From contig JBASRQ010000071.1 of the NCBI GenBank assembly GCA_049273895.1, positions 1 to 42,968 of the forward strand: DNA of 42,968 bases, given 5' to 3'. The position numbers were made by a program, and so were the translations under genes. Below the pieces are notes generated by a model. The model did no database searches and was not told where the DNA came from. It worked only from the letters and a program-made list of their open reading frames with translations. This DNA is from Thermoplasmata archaeon (lineage in GTDB: Archaea; Thermoplasmatota; Thermoplasmata; UBA10834). This document shows positions 8,491-16,690 of this stretch, one piece after another; position 1 is the stretch's first letter; every line of letters starts with the position of its first letter.

Positions 8491-8715
8491 CGTACAAGCA
8501 GTGGAAGTCGTTGTCATCCCTCTCGGATATCTTGGTTCGTGTGCGGCCGGATGTCCATGCACTCGAGTCCGGAGACAGATGCGGGGATGGCGATTGAGCA
8601 TACCGCGGTCCGACAGCTCAGAGGGGGGACTTTCGGCGCACCCACGATAAAACGAATATACCTACCGTTGCCGATAACCCGAAGAGAGGGAGGAACAGCT
8701 AGGGAGCAGAAGATC

Positions 8716-9684
8716 ATGGGACCCAAGCAACTGATTGCAGAACTGAAACCGGGAGACAAGGTCGAGAGCTATTTCTCCGTGAATTTCAGGAAGCCGGTCA
8801 CCGATTACAAGTACGGTTTCATGTTCGAGTTCAGGGCAGCTGACAAGTCCGGCCAGATAACGATCAAGTACTGGGGAGGGCAGGACAAGGGCAGCGTGCA
8901 GAAGCTCTACGACTCGTTCGACAGGGAGCAGGTCGTGAGAATCAGAGGGGAAGCGCAGGAGTACAAGGGACAGCTAGAGGTGTCGATCAGTGAGAAGAAC
9001 GGTGGCTGGCTGGAGAGAATGGCAGAGGGCGAGTACGACCTCCAACAGCTGGTCAAGTCTTACGAGAACATCGAGGAGATGAAGGCGAGGCTCAGGGAGC
9101 TCGTCTCGAGCGTCCAGGACCCTAGCATGAGGAAGCTTCTCGACGACTTCTTCGGCGACGAGCAGTTCATGAGCGCATTCTCAGACGCTCCAGCTTCGAT
9201 AACCCTTCACTCAGCAGCCGTCGGAGGACTCATCCACCACACGATCAACGTCGCGGAGATCTGCAACAGAGTCGCCGAGCTCCATCCAGAGCTTGACAGA
9301 GACCTCGTCCTGACTGGGGCACTTCTGCACGATATCGGCAAGATCCAGAGCTTCAAGGTCACGAGCAACATAAGCCAGACCGAAGAGGGAAACCTCGTGG
9401 GCCATATCATATTAGGCGATCAGGTGCTGATGGCGAGGATCACGCGGGTCAAGGATTTCCCGGAGCTCACAGCGTCGAAGTTGAGGCACATACTGCTGTC
9501 GCACCACGGCAAGAAGGAATGGGGCTCGCCCGTGGAGCCGATGTTCCCGGAGGCTCTGGCCGTTCACGAGGCCGACGACATCGACGCCAAGCTCGACAAC
9601 ATGATCACTAGACGGGAGGATGCTGTCACAGAGGACGACTGGATCTGGGACGCTCGACACAACCGCTTGATCTACCTGAAGTGA
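8716..9684 (+). CDS. OB-fold + HD-domain phosphohydrolase (YhaM-like 3'-5' exoribonuclease family)
   Basis: N-terminal OB-like region (KVESYFSV...ITIKYWGG...VVRIRGEAQEYKGQLEV) followed by an HD domain (LHSAAVGGLIHHT...ALLHDIGK...GHI...LSHHG). I prefer ATG 8716 (MGPKQLIAELK), which has GAGGGAGGA upstream, over the 8539 ORF-track start. Confidence 0.75.
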   Translation: MGPKQLIAELKPGDKVESYFSVNFRKPVTDYKYGFMFEFRAADKSGQITIKYWGGQDKGSVQKLYDSFDREQVVRIRGEAQEYKGQLEVSISEKNGGWLERMAEGEYDLQQLVKSYENIEEMKARLRELVSSVQDPSMRKLLDDFFGDEQFMSAFSDAPASITLHSAAVGGLIHHTINVAEICNRVAELHPELDRDLVLTGALLHDIGKIQSFKVTSNISQTEEGNLVGHIILGDQVLMARITRVKDFPELTASKLRHILLSHHGKKEWGSPVEPMFPEALAVHEADDIDAKLDNMITRREDAVTEDDWIWDARHNRLIYLK

Positions 9685-9802
9685 CGCCCGCTATTGCGCA
9701 CATGCGCACACAAGGGACATCTGGCGTGCATATAATTGTTCATCATTGCTCGAAAGAGCTATATATTGTACATGATTACGGGGCTCCCGAGGAATTCATG
9801 TG

Positions 9803-11101
9803 ATGCCCGTGCGAACGAACCTGACAACAGACGAGATGCCGAGGAAATGGTACAACATACTCCCGGACCTCCCGGAGCCCCTGGCTCCGCCGCTCAACCC
9901 CGCGACGAGGAAGCCAATCTCGCCCTCCGACTTGGAGGCGCTCTTCCCGAAGGCCCTGATCGCCCAGGAGATGGCCACTGACCACTACATAGACATCCCG
10001 GAGGAGGTCCTCCAGGGGTACATGATGGTCAACCGGCCGAGTCCGCTTCAGAGGGCGATCGGTCTCGAGAAGGCGCTCAAGACGCCCGCGAAGATCTACT
10101 TCAAGCGGGAGGATCTCAGTCCGGCCGGCAGCCACAAGACGAACACATCCCTAGCACAAGCTTACTACAACATGAAGGAGGGCGTGGCGAACCTGACAAC
10201 CGAGACAGGTGCTGGTCAGTGGGGCACCGCTCTCAGCCTGGCTTGCTGTCACTTCGGATTGGGATGCAAGGTCTTCATGGTACGTGCGTCGTACGATCAG
10301 AAGCCGTACAGACGCGAGATGATGAGAGTGTACGGAGCCGAAGTCAACCCGTCCCCGAGCGACCTGACCGAGTTCGGCAGGAAGATGCTCGCCAAGGACC
10401 CGAAGCACCCGGGCTCTCTTGGGATCGCGATAAGCGAGGCCATGGAGATGGCGCTCAAGGACGGGAACACGAAGTACAGCCTCGGGAGCGTTCTGAACCA
10501 CGTCATGCTTCACCAGACCATCATCGGCGAGGAGACGCTGCTTCAGTTCAAGAAGCTCGATGAGGAGCCGGACTACATGATAGGCTGCGTCGGCGGAGGC
10601 TCCAACTTCGCAGGGTTCTCGTTCCCCGCGATCGGCCAGAAGCTGAAGAAGAAGATGAACACGGAGTTCATAGCGGTGGAACCGACGGTGGTCCCGAGCT
10701 TGACGGGCGGGAAGTTCGAATACGACTTCGGGGACACCGCTGGCATGACGCCGTTGCTCATGATGTACACTCTGGGCCACAACTTCGTGCCCTCGCCCAT
10801 ACATGCGGGCGGGCTTAGGTACCACGGGGCCGCGCCGACCGTGAGCCTACTGGTCAACAAGAAGATCATCAAGCCGGTCGCATACAAGCAGAAGGAGGTC
10901 TTCGACGCTGCAATCATGTTCGCCAGGGCAGAGGGAATCGTGCCCGCGCCCGAGACGAGCCATGCCATCAAAGCAGCTGTCGATCTTGCGCTCGAGGCCA
11001 AGAAGAAGAACGAGAAGAAGATCATCGCGCTCAACTTCTCGGGCCACGGACTGCTGGACCTCGGCGGATACCAGCAGTACATGGACGGCAAGATGGTCTG
11101 A
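9803..11101 (+). CDS. TrpB-like PLP-dependent enzyme (TrpB2-type tryptophan synthase beta paralogue), stand-alone
   Basis: [17 protein letters not shown]-terminus, PLP-Lys motif GSHKTNTS and GGGSNFAGF. No other trp genes lie nearby. The TATA-like ctatatattg is about 40 nt upstream. Confidence 0.88.
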   Translation: MPVRTNLTTDEMPRKWYNILPDLPEPLAPPLNPATRKPISPSDLEALFPKALIAQEMATDHYIDIPEEVLQGYMMVNRPSPLQRAIGLEKALKTPAKIYFKREDLSPAGSHKTNTSLAQAYYNMKEGVANLTTETGAGQWGTALSLACCHFGLGCKVFMVRASYDQKPYRREMMRVYGAEVNPSPSDLTEFGRKMLAKDPKHPGSLGIAISEAMEMALKDGNTKYSLGSVLNHVMLHQTIIGEETLLQFKKLDEEPDYMIGCVGGGSNFAGFSFPAIGQKLKKKMNTEFIAVEPTVVPSLTGGKFEYDFGDTAGMTPLLMMYTLGHNFVPSPIHAGGLRYHGAAPTVSLLVNKKIIKPVAYKQKEVFDAAIMFARAEGIVPAPETSHAIKAAVDLALEAKKKNEKKIIALNFSGHGLLDLGGYQQYMDGKMV

Positions 11102-11104
11102 GGC

Positions 11105-11590
11105 TCAGGCGAAGTAGCCTTCCTGGGTCTCCCTCAGACTCCTGTGCGCGGTCCTGTACTCGGGGCGCTCCAAGAGGACCTTCACGCTCCTCTCCAGCTC
11201 TTGCTCGAGCTGGTCTTGTCTCGACGGGAAGTACTCTCTTCTGAGAAGATCGGAGATGTCGGACGAGTACTGCTGCATTCCGAACATGATGACCGAATAC
11301 GCTGACGGAGTCCTGGAAGTCACGTTCAGCGGGACGGGCGAACCGCCCTTGATGACATCGAGGAGGTCCGGAGAGGGCCCTCCGACCTCCCTGGCCACGG
11401 CAGCCATCTTCTTCGGGGCTATCTCTGTGGCCTTGATCTGGAAGACCTTCTCCTCCGTGAAGATGAACGTGTCGTACTCGGAAGTCACATGGTTCCTTCC
11501 CGTGAGCGCGCGCCAATCTTGCCTCCTCTCGCTGAGGTCGTAGCGCCCCTTCAGGTAAAGCATGAACTCGTCGATCCCGCGAAACTCCAT
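11105..11590 (-). CDS. Hypothetical protein (161 aa)
   Basis: Clean ORF on the same strand as purC and just downstream of it. Its end converges on the trpB-like gene with a 3-nt gap. No motif recognised. Confidence 0.55.
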   Translation of the reverse strand: MEFRGIDEFMLYLKGRYDLSERRQDWRALTGRNHVTSEYDTFIFTEEKVFQIKATEIAPKKMAAVAREVGGPSPDLLDVIKGGSPVPLNVTSRTPSAYSVIMFGMQQYSSDISDLLRREYFPSRQDQLEQELERSVKVLLERPEYRTAHRSLRETQEGYFA

Positions 11591-11658
11591 ATCGAGCCGG
11601 ACAAGTGGTGGAACACCGCAATTAACCTTTCGGAGGGGGAGGGTCTAGAACCAGAAAA

Positions 11659-12591
11659 TCATCTATAACTCTCGCCCGTGATACGCTCGAACATCTCTAT
11701 GTAGAGCTCGGAGATCTCCTCGATCTTCGCCTCTGGCAGAGACGGGATCCTCGGCTCCGCCTTGCCCATCTTCCTGGCTTCCACGAGCTTGTCATAGTAG
11801 CCCAGCTGCCTGTAGTACTGCCTGACATTCTCCTTGCTCAGTTCGACGAACTGTCCCTTGGAGTAGCTCTCCCAGTCCCACCATCGGTCCTCGTCCGCAG
11901 TCCCGAACGTGTCGACGATCATCAGCTCTCGCTCCTCGTCGAACGCGTATTCCTTCTTGCCGTCGACGTGTATGAGGTCTCTCTTCTCGACCTCCTCTGC
12001 GATCTTCTCATCTATCTTGAGGACGGCGTCCACGATCAATTTGTACTCCTCATTTGCTAGCCCTGAGATCTTCATGGTTTCCTTCTTCGTGAGCAGCCTA
12101 TCGACCTTCTCCAGTTTTGTCGTGAATTCAAGGTAGGGCTCCGGAAGTTTGTCGCCGTACTTGACCTCCTTCGTGGCCTTGAACCCGAGCTTGACAGGCC
12201 TCAGCTTTCCGCTTTGAATCCTGTCCCACAAGGAACCGGCGACGTAGTGTCTGCAGATGACCTCGAGCGGGATCAGGTAGTTTACGGTCTTCTTGTTGAT
12301 CTTCGAGTAGTCGAGAACCTGAACCTTCTGGACTCTCATTCGATTCGGTGGGATCAGCTCCCGGAAATGCGACTTGATCCCACACGATCTCGCCACCTGG
12401 AACCAGAATGCGCTGGACCTGCAGAGCGTCTCGCCCTTGTGGGGGATAAGCGAAGGTATGATCTTGTCGAAGACAGAGATTTTGTCGGAGAAGACGAACT
12501 CTAACGAGTGAGAATCCACCTCGTATACGTCCTTGACCTTTCCCTGGCGGATCAGTTTCATGGCGTCAGTCGCCTTGTACACGATATTCAT
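11659..12591 (-). CDS. purC: Phosphoribosylaminoimidazole-succinocarboxamide (SAICAR) synthase
   Basis: LIRQGKVKDVYEV...VFSDKISVFDKIIPSLIPHKGETLCRSSAFWF and later LIHVDGKKEY / DTFGTADEDRWW are typical PurC motifs. Confidence 0.9.
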   Translation of the reverse strand: MNIVYKATDAMKLIRQGKVKDVYEVDSHSLEFVFSDKISVFDKIIPSLIPHKGETLCRSSAFWFQVARSCGIKSHFRELIPPNRMRVQKVQVLDYSKINKKTVNYLIPLEVICRHYVAGSLWDRIQSGKLRPVKLGFKATKEVKYGDKLPEPYLEFTTKLEKVDRLLTKKETMKISGLANEEYKLIVDAVLKIDEKIAEEVEKRDLIHVDGKKEYAFDEERELMIVDTFGTADEDRWWDWESYSKGQFVELSKENVRQYYRQLGYYDKLVEARKMGKAEPRIPSLPEAKIEEISELYIEMFERITGESYR

Positions 12592-12726
12592 TCTTAAGCG
12601 TTTTGGTGTTGAGGACAGACACTGACTGCGCGTGAATTGGACGCCGCAAACGCGTTTCCTAGGTTGGTAGCCTCAAAATCATTAAGGTGCTAGCGACTTC
12701 TAAACCGAACGACAGAGGATGGCGAG

Positions 12727-14016
12727 ATGGCCCTGAATCTGACGAGACATTTTTCCGAAAGGACCAAGGAGATGCGCGCATCCGAAGTCAGGGAATTGCT
12801 GAAGCTACTCCAGGTTCCAGACATGATCTCGTTTGCCGGAGGCTTTCCAAACCCGGAATCGTTCCCTGTAGAGATAATCAGACAGATCGTGAGCGACGTT
12901 CTCGAGAAGGATGGGGCGCAGGCACTGCAGTACGGGATCACCGAGGGATACGCCCCCCTCAGAGAGAGCGTCGCAGACCGGATGAACAAAAGAGGCATGG
13001 ACATCTCAAAAGAGAACGTGTTGATTGTGAGCGGATCGCAGCAGGCAATCGATCTCATGGGCAAGATATTCATCGATCCAAAGGACACGATCGTGATTTC
13101 CGCTCCTACTTATCTTGCCGCTCTGACAAACTGGGCGGTCATGCAGGCCACGTTTGAATCCATCCCGATCGACCATAACAACATGCGGATGGACATCTTC
13201 GAGGAGAGAATGAAGAGGCTGGTGAAGAGGTCGAACCCGCCAGAGATAGTGTACGTCCTGCCGAACTTCCAGAACCCTGCCGGTGTCACGATGCCGGAGA
13301 AGAACAGGAGGAAGATGGTGGACATGGCTTCGGAGTACGATTTCATCATCCTCGAGGACGACCCCTACGGAGACCTCCGTTACAAAGGAGATCCGATCCC
13401 GCCGCTGAAGCATTGGGATGACGAGGGGAGAGTCGTCTACACCAGCACATTCTCGAAGATCCTTGCTCCAGGACTACGAGTGGGGTGGGTCGTCGCTGCT
13501 CCAGAGATCCTGAAGAAGTTGATAGTCGCGAAACAGTCCACGGATGTTTGCGCGAACGTCCTCGGGCAGAGGATAGCTCACGAGTACATCGTCAGAGGCC
13601 ACATAGATCCGCAGATCGAGAAGATCAAGCAGTTGTACAAGCGCAAGATGGACCTGATGCTCTCTGGGATGGAGGAATTCATGCCCGACGGAATCGGGTG
13701 GACAAAGCCGGAAGGAGGGATGTTCCTCTGGGTCACGCTCCCAGAGATGATGGATTCTGTGGAGCTCCTGAAGAAGGCGTTGAGGAAGAGAGTGGCATTC
13801 GTCTCCGGGAGGGCGTTCTTCGCGGATCCGAAGGAGGGAACGAGCACCATGAGGCTGAACTTCACTCATCCTTCGGACCAGATGATAACCGAGGGGCTTC
13901 GGAGGCTCGGCTCGGTCCTGAATCAGGAGATCGTTTCCAAGTGGGACAAGTCGAAGGAGACGGATGAGCGCAGGATGGAAGATGTAGTCCGGGGATCGCT
14001 CCTCGGCAAATCCTAG
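12727..14016 (+). CDS. Class I/II PLP-dependent aminotransferase (2-aminoadipate/aromatic aminotransferase-like)
   Basis: ISFAGGFPNPESFP, NFQNPAGVT, EDDPYGDLRY and the PLP-Lys motif STFSKILAPGLRVGW. Confidence 0.85.
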   Translation: MALNLTRHFSERTKEMRASEVRELLKLLQVPDMISFAGGFPNPESFPVEIIRQIVSDVLEKDGAQALQYGITEGYAPLRESVADRMNKRGMDISKENVLIVSGSQQAIDLMGKIFIDPKDTIVISAPTYLAALTNWAVMQATFESIPIDHNNMRMDIFEERMKRLVKRSNPPEIVYVLPNFQNPAGVTMPEKNRRKMVDMASEYDFIILEDDPYGDLRYKGDPIPPLKHWDDEGRVVYTSTFSKILAPGLRVGWVVAAPEILKKLIVAKQSTDVCANVLGQRIAHEYIVRGHIDPQIEKIKQLYKRKMDLMLSGMEEFMPDGIGWTKPEGGMFLWVTLPEMMDSVELLKKALRKRVAFVSGRAFFADPKEGTSTMRLNFTHPSDQMITEGLRRLGSVLNQEIVSKWDKSKETDERRMEDVVRGSLLGKS

Positions 14017-14714
14017 AAGACTTCCGCGCCAGCGTGCACGACGATGCCTTTGTCCGTGATCGAATAGGGCTTCACTCGTCTGGAATGATTCGTCCGCCTC
14101 ATCTTCAGTATCCTCACCGTCAGCTGGACCTCGCCGCCCTCCTTGCTCTCGTCAGACTGGAGCAGAAGGACGCCATCTGCAGTGTATTCCGCAAGCCCGT
14201 CTCTGGAAGACCGAGGATTCTCGTCCTTGACTTCCGCGGTCAACAGGACCGTGGCTCCGGTGCTGCGCAACAGCTGGCACAAGTTGAACAGGTTGGACCG
14301 ACGCTCGTTCTCGTCGGCGAACATCATGTTGAGCAAGGACACGGAATCCAGTACGACCCTCTTAGCGCCGAAGGACTTGATGAACTTCGGAAGTTCGCTC
14401 TTGATGCGCGTGATGGTCGTCTTAGCATCCGACGGCTCGAGCTTGAACAGCCCGAGCTTCTTCTTGTCGATGGCTCCCGAAAGGTCCCAGCCAAATGATG
14501 AGGCGTTCTTGGCGATCGAGTCCTTGTCCTCTTCAAGAGAGATGAAAATGCAGGGCTCATCGTGCTTCAAGCCCTCGACGATGAACTGAAGACCCAGAGT
14601 CGTCTTGCCGGTCCCGAAGGATCCCATCGCGACCACGATGTGGTTCTCAGGCAACCCCCCTTGGAGCATTTCGTCCAGTCCATCGATTCCAGTCTTCACC
14701 CTGTTCACTGCCAT
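14013..14714 (-). CDS. KaiC/RecA-superfamily ATPase (single domain, intact motifs)
   Basis: GIDGLDEMLQGGLP, Walker A GSFGTGKTTLG, catalytic-Glu region FISLEE and Walker B RVVLDSVS. Confidence 0.85.
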   Translation of the reverse strand: MAVNRVKTGIDGLDEMLQGGLPENHIVVAMGSFGTGKTTLGLQFIVEGLKHDEPCIFISLEEDKDSIAKNASSFGWDLSGAIDKKKLGLFKLEPSDAKTTITRIKSELPKFIKSFGAKRVVLDSVSLLNMMFADENERRSNLFNLCQLLRSTGATVLLTAEVKDENPRSSRDGLAEYTADGVLLLQSDESKEGGEVQLTVRILKMRRTNHSRRVKPYSITDKGIVVHAGAEVF

Positions 14715-14718
14715 ATGA

Positions 14719-15567
14719 TTATGCCACCCGTTCCGTGTTTATTACAACGAAGCCACTCTGAGATGTTATGAGCGTCGCGAACCGCGCTATCCTCTCTTGG
14801 TCCAGATGCGGTAGAACGCTCATGAACTTCTCAACATAGAGATACCTCTGACGCTTGGATGTGTGATGAAACTTCGCCCATTCGAACTTGAATACGCCAT
14901 CTACGCTGTCGATTATCATCTGCTGCCGCTTCCGGTCGAGTATCTCATCCGTCAGGATGAGGTAGAACACAGCGCCCCATCTCTTGGCCATTCTCTGGAT
15001 GCCTTTGAGCAGTGCGATGACATCCTGGAAGGCTACCGTCTCGGAGACCACGAGGTCCGTGAGGGAGTCCAGGATCACCATGCTTCTCGGCGCGTTCACA
15101 TCCAGGAAATCCACGAGAGATTCCAGCAGCCCGTTCTTCTTCTTATCGGAGAAGATTTCTTCGGATCCCTCCGAACCCAACCAGGACGTCGGAACGACCG
15201 TGTGAATGAAGTAGTCCCTCGAGAAGTCCTTGAAAAGGAGAGTGGACTTCAGAGACTCGTAGAAATCCTTGTTGAAGGATAGCTTGACGTCCTGTAGGAT
15301 GTCATCCTTCGAGCGAGAGAACGTGATGTAGCACGTCTTGTCGGGGAGTCTTCCGCTCTTCCCCGCATCACCAAGCATGAAGGCCCTCGTGTCTGGATAT
15401 TCCTTGACAATGCCGATCTTGGCTGCGGACGTCAGGGCGAACTCATGACCCCCGCCACCGACATCGCCTAGCAACAGGACAACTGAGCCAGCAGGCAATC
15501 CTCCCTGGATGATAGAATCGAAGTCGGCAACCCCAGTAGGTATCCTCAGGACATCCCCTTCTGACAT
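14719..15567 (-). CDS. KaiC/RecA-like paralogue with degenerate P-loop (predicted non-catalytic partner)
   Basis: It has the same N-terminal layout (GVADFDSIIQGGLPAGSVVLLLGD). However, the Walker A position reads GDVGGGGHEF, lacking the Lys-Ser/Thr. A Walker B-like MVILDSLTD is retained. It lies 4 nt upstream of the intact paralogue. Confidence 0.7.
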   Translation of the reverse strand: MSEGDVLRIPTGVADFDSIIQGGLPAGSVVLLLGDVGGGGHEFALTSAAKIGIVKEYPDTRAFMLGDAGKSGRLPDKTCYITFSRSKDDILQDVKLSFNKDFYESLKSTLLFKDFSRDYFIHTVVPTSWLGSEGSEEIFSDKKKNGLLESLVDFLDVNAPRSMVILDSLTDLVVSETVAFQDVIALLKGIQRMAKRWGAVFYLILTDEILDRKRQQMIIDSVDGVFKFEWAKFHHTSKRQRYLYVEKFMSVLPHLDQERIARFATLITSQSGFVVINTERVA

Positions 15568-15580
15568 CAGAAAGCCTTCG

Positions 15581-15606
15581 CGCGCGTACGACGCGCGTTA
15601 TAAAAT
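15581..15606 (-). promoter_or_regulatory. TATA-like box plus perfect 7-bp-arm palindrome between box and start codon of the KaiC-like operon
   Basis: On the minus strand, ATTTTATAA (15606-15598) lies about 35 nt upstream of the ATG at 15567. It is followed immediately by CGCGCGT-ACG-ACGCGCG (15581-15597), where the transcription start would be expected. Confidence 0.35.
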
Positions 15607-15672
15607 CGGGTTGTTGGTATAAATATTTTCGTGAACCCAGCAGAAATGGAACGAGATTGACAAGTGCTAGGC

Positions 15673-16149
15673 TCACTCCAGATACGCCACGAATTCTCTG
15701 AGCATCTCCAAAGCCCTGTTGGCCGATTGAGTCTTGATCTCAGATCGTGACCCTTTGAACACGCACCTGGAGCATTTCGATGATTTGCTGGAGCTGATCG
15801 CAACATAGACGAGCCCAACAGGCTTCGTCGGAGTCCCGCCGGTGGGACCGGCGATTCCAGTGATGCCGACCCCGACATCTGCCCGAAGCTGTCTCCTTGC
15901 CCCAGCAGCCATTTGGATTGCAACCTCTTCGCTCACGGCTCCTTTCGCTGTGAGCGTCTTGCCGTCTACACCGAGCAGACTCGACTTTACGTCGTTGCTG
16001 TAGGAGATCACGCCGCCCAGGAAGTAGTCGCTGCTTCCAGGAACATCAGTTAGCATATCTCCGAGCTTGCCTCCAGTGCACGATTCTGCGACAGCAACGG
16101 TTAGCCCCTTTGACATCAGCAACCGGCCGATTTCTTCAGCGAGCAACAC
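15673..16149 (-). CDS. pncC: CinA C-terminal domain protein / nicotinamide-nucleotide amidohydrolase (PncC type)
   Basis: LTVAVAESCTGGKLGDMLTDVPGSSDYFLGGVISYSN and GITGIAGPTGG are signature motifs of the CinA/PncC domain. Confidence 0.85.
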   Translation of the reverse strand: MLLAEEIGRLLMSKGLTVAVAESCTGGKLGDMLTDVPGSSDYFLGGVISYSNDVKSSLLGVDGKTLTAKGAVSEEVAIQMAAGARRQLRADVGVGITGIAGPTGGTPTKPVGLVYVAISSSKSSKCSRCVFKGSRSEIKTQSANRALEMLREFVAYLE

Positions 16150-16690
16150 GTCCGCCTCGCCTCCTGTGGGGGTTCATGCCCGCATCGAGCAGCCTTTGCT
16201 TCGCATCGATGCCGTCGAGGAACCTGGCGACTGGCTCCGGCACAAGATGACTCCATCTCTTGCCTGAGACAATCCGCCTTCTGATTTCAGTGGCAGAATA
16301 CTCCTTCGGGTTGTACGCCTTGGTCCTGCTGACCCCGTAGCCGGCCTGCTTGAAGAGCGATCTTGTCAGATCGCTGTTGGAAAACACAACATCAAAAGGC
16401 GGGGCGTAAGACTCGAGATGATTCACCCAGACGGAGTACCGGTTGACGTCTCTGACAGGGATGATCAGAACACGCGCCCTCTCTTCCTGGGTGAGAGAGG
16501 ACAGCAACATCTGATATCGCTCGCCCGCGGTGAAGGGATTCTTTTCTGTGTGAGACTCCTCGGCACTCCCGATCACAACAACAACATCATCACATTTTCG
16601 GAGGACCTCTCGGATGACCGCTAGATGTCCTTTGTGGAAAGGCTGAAACCTTCCAACGATTAGGCCGCGCACTAGAGCACCTCCCGTCAA
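16136..16690 (-). CDS. nadM: Archaeal-type nicotinamide-nucleotide adenylyltransferase
   Basis: [14 protein letters not shown] (the (H/T)xGH nucleotidyltransferase motif) and [10 protein letters not shown]-like SATEIRRR. The TTG start overlaps the lon stop (TTGA). The 3' end overlaps pncC by 14 nt. A start at an internal Val a few codons downstream is also possible. Confidence 0.85.
   Translation of the reverse strand: MTGGALVRGLIVGRFQPFHKGHLAVIREVLRKCDDVVVVIGSAEESHTEKNPFTAGERYQMLLSSLTQEERARVLIIPVRDVNRYSVWVNHLESYAPPFDVVFSNSDLTRSLFKQAGYGVSRTKAYNPKEYSATEIRRRIVSGKRWSHLVPEPVARFLDGIDAKQRLLDAGMNPHRRRGGRVAR

Noticed and set aside
8539-8715. 59-codon upstream extension of the OB/HD gene in the ORF track
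   Set aside because: The extension has no family features and contains the gene's own A/T-rich promoter-like box and RBS. The conserved OB-fold begins right after ATG 8716.
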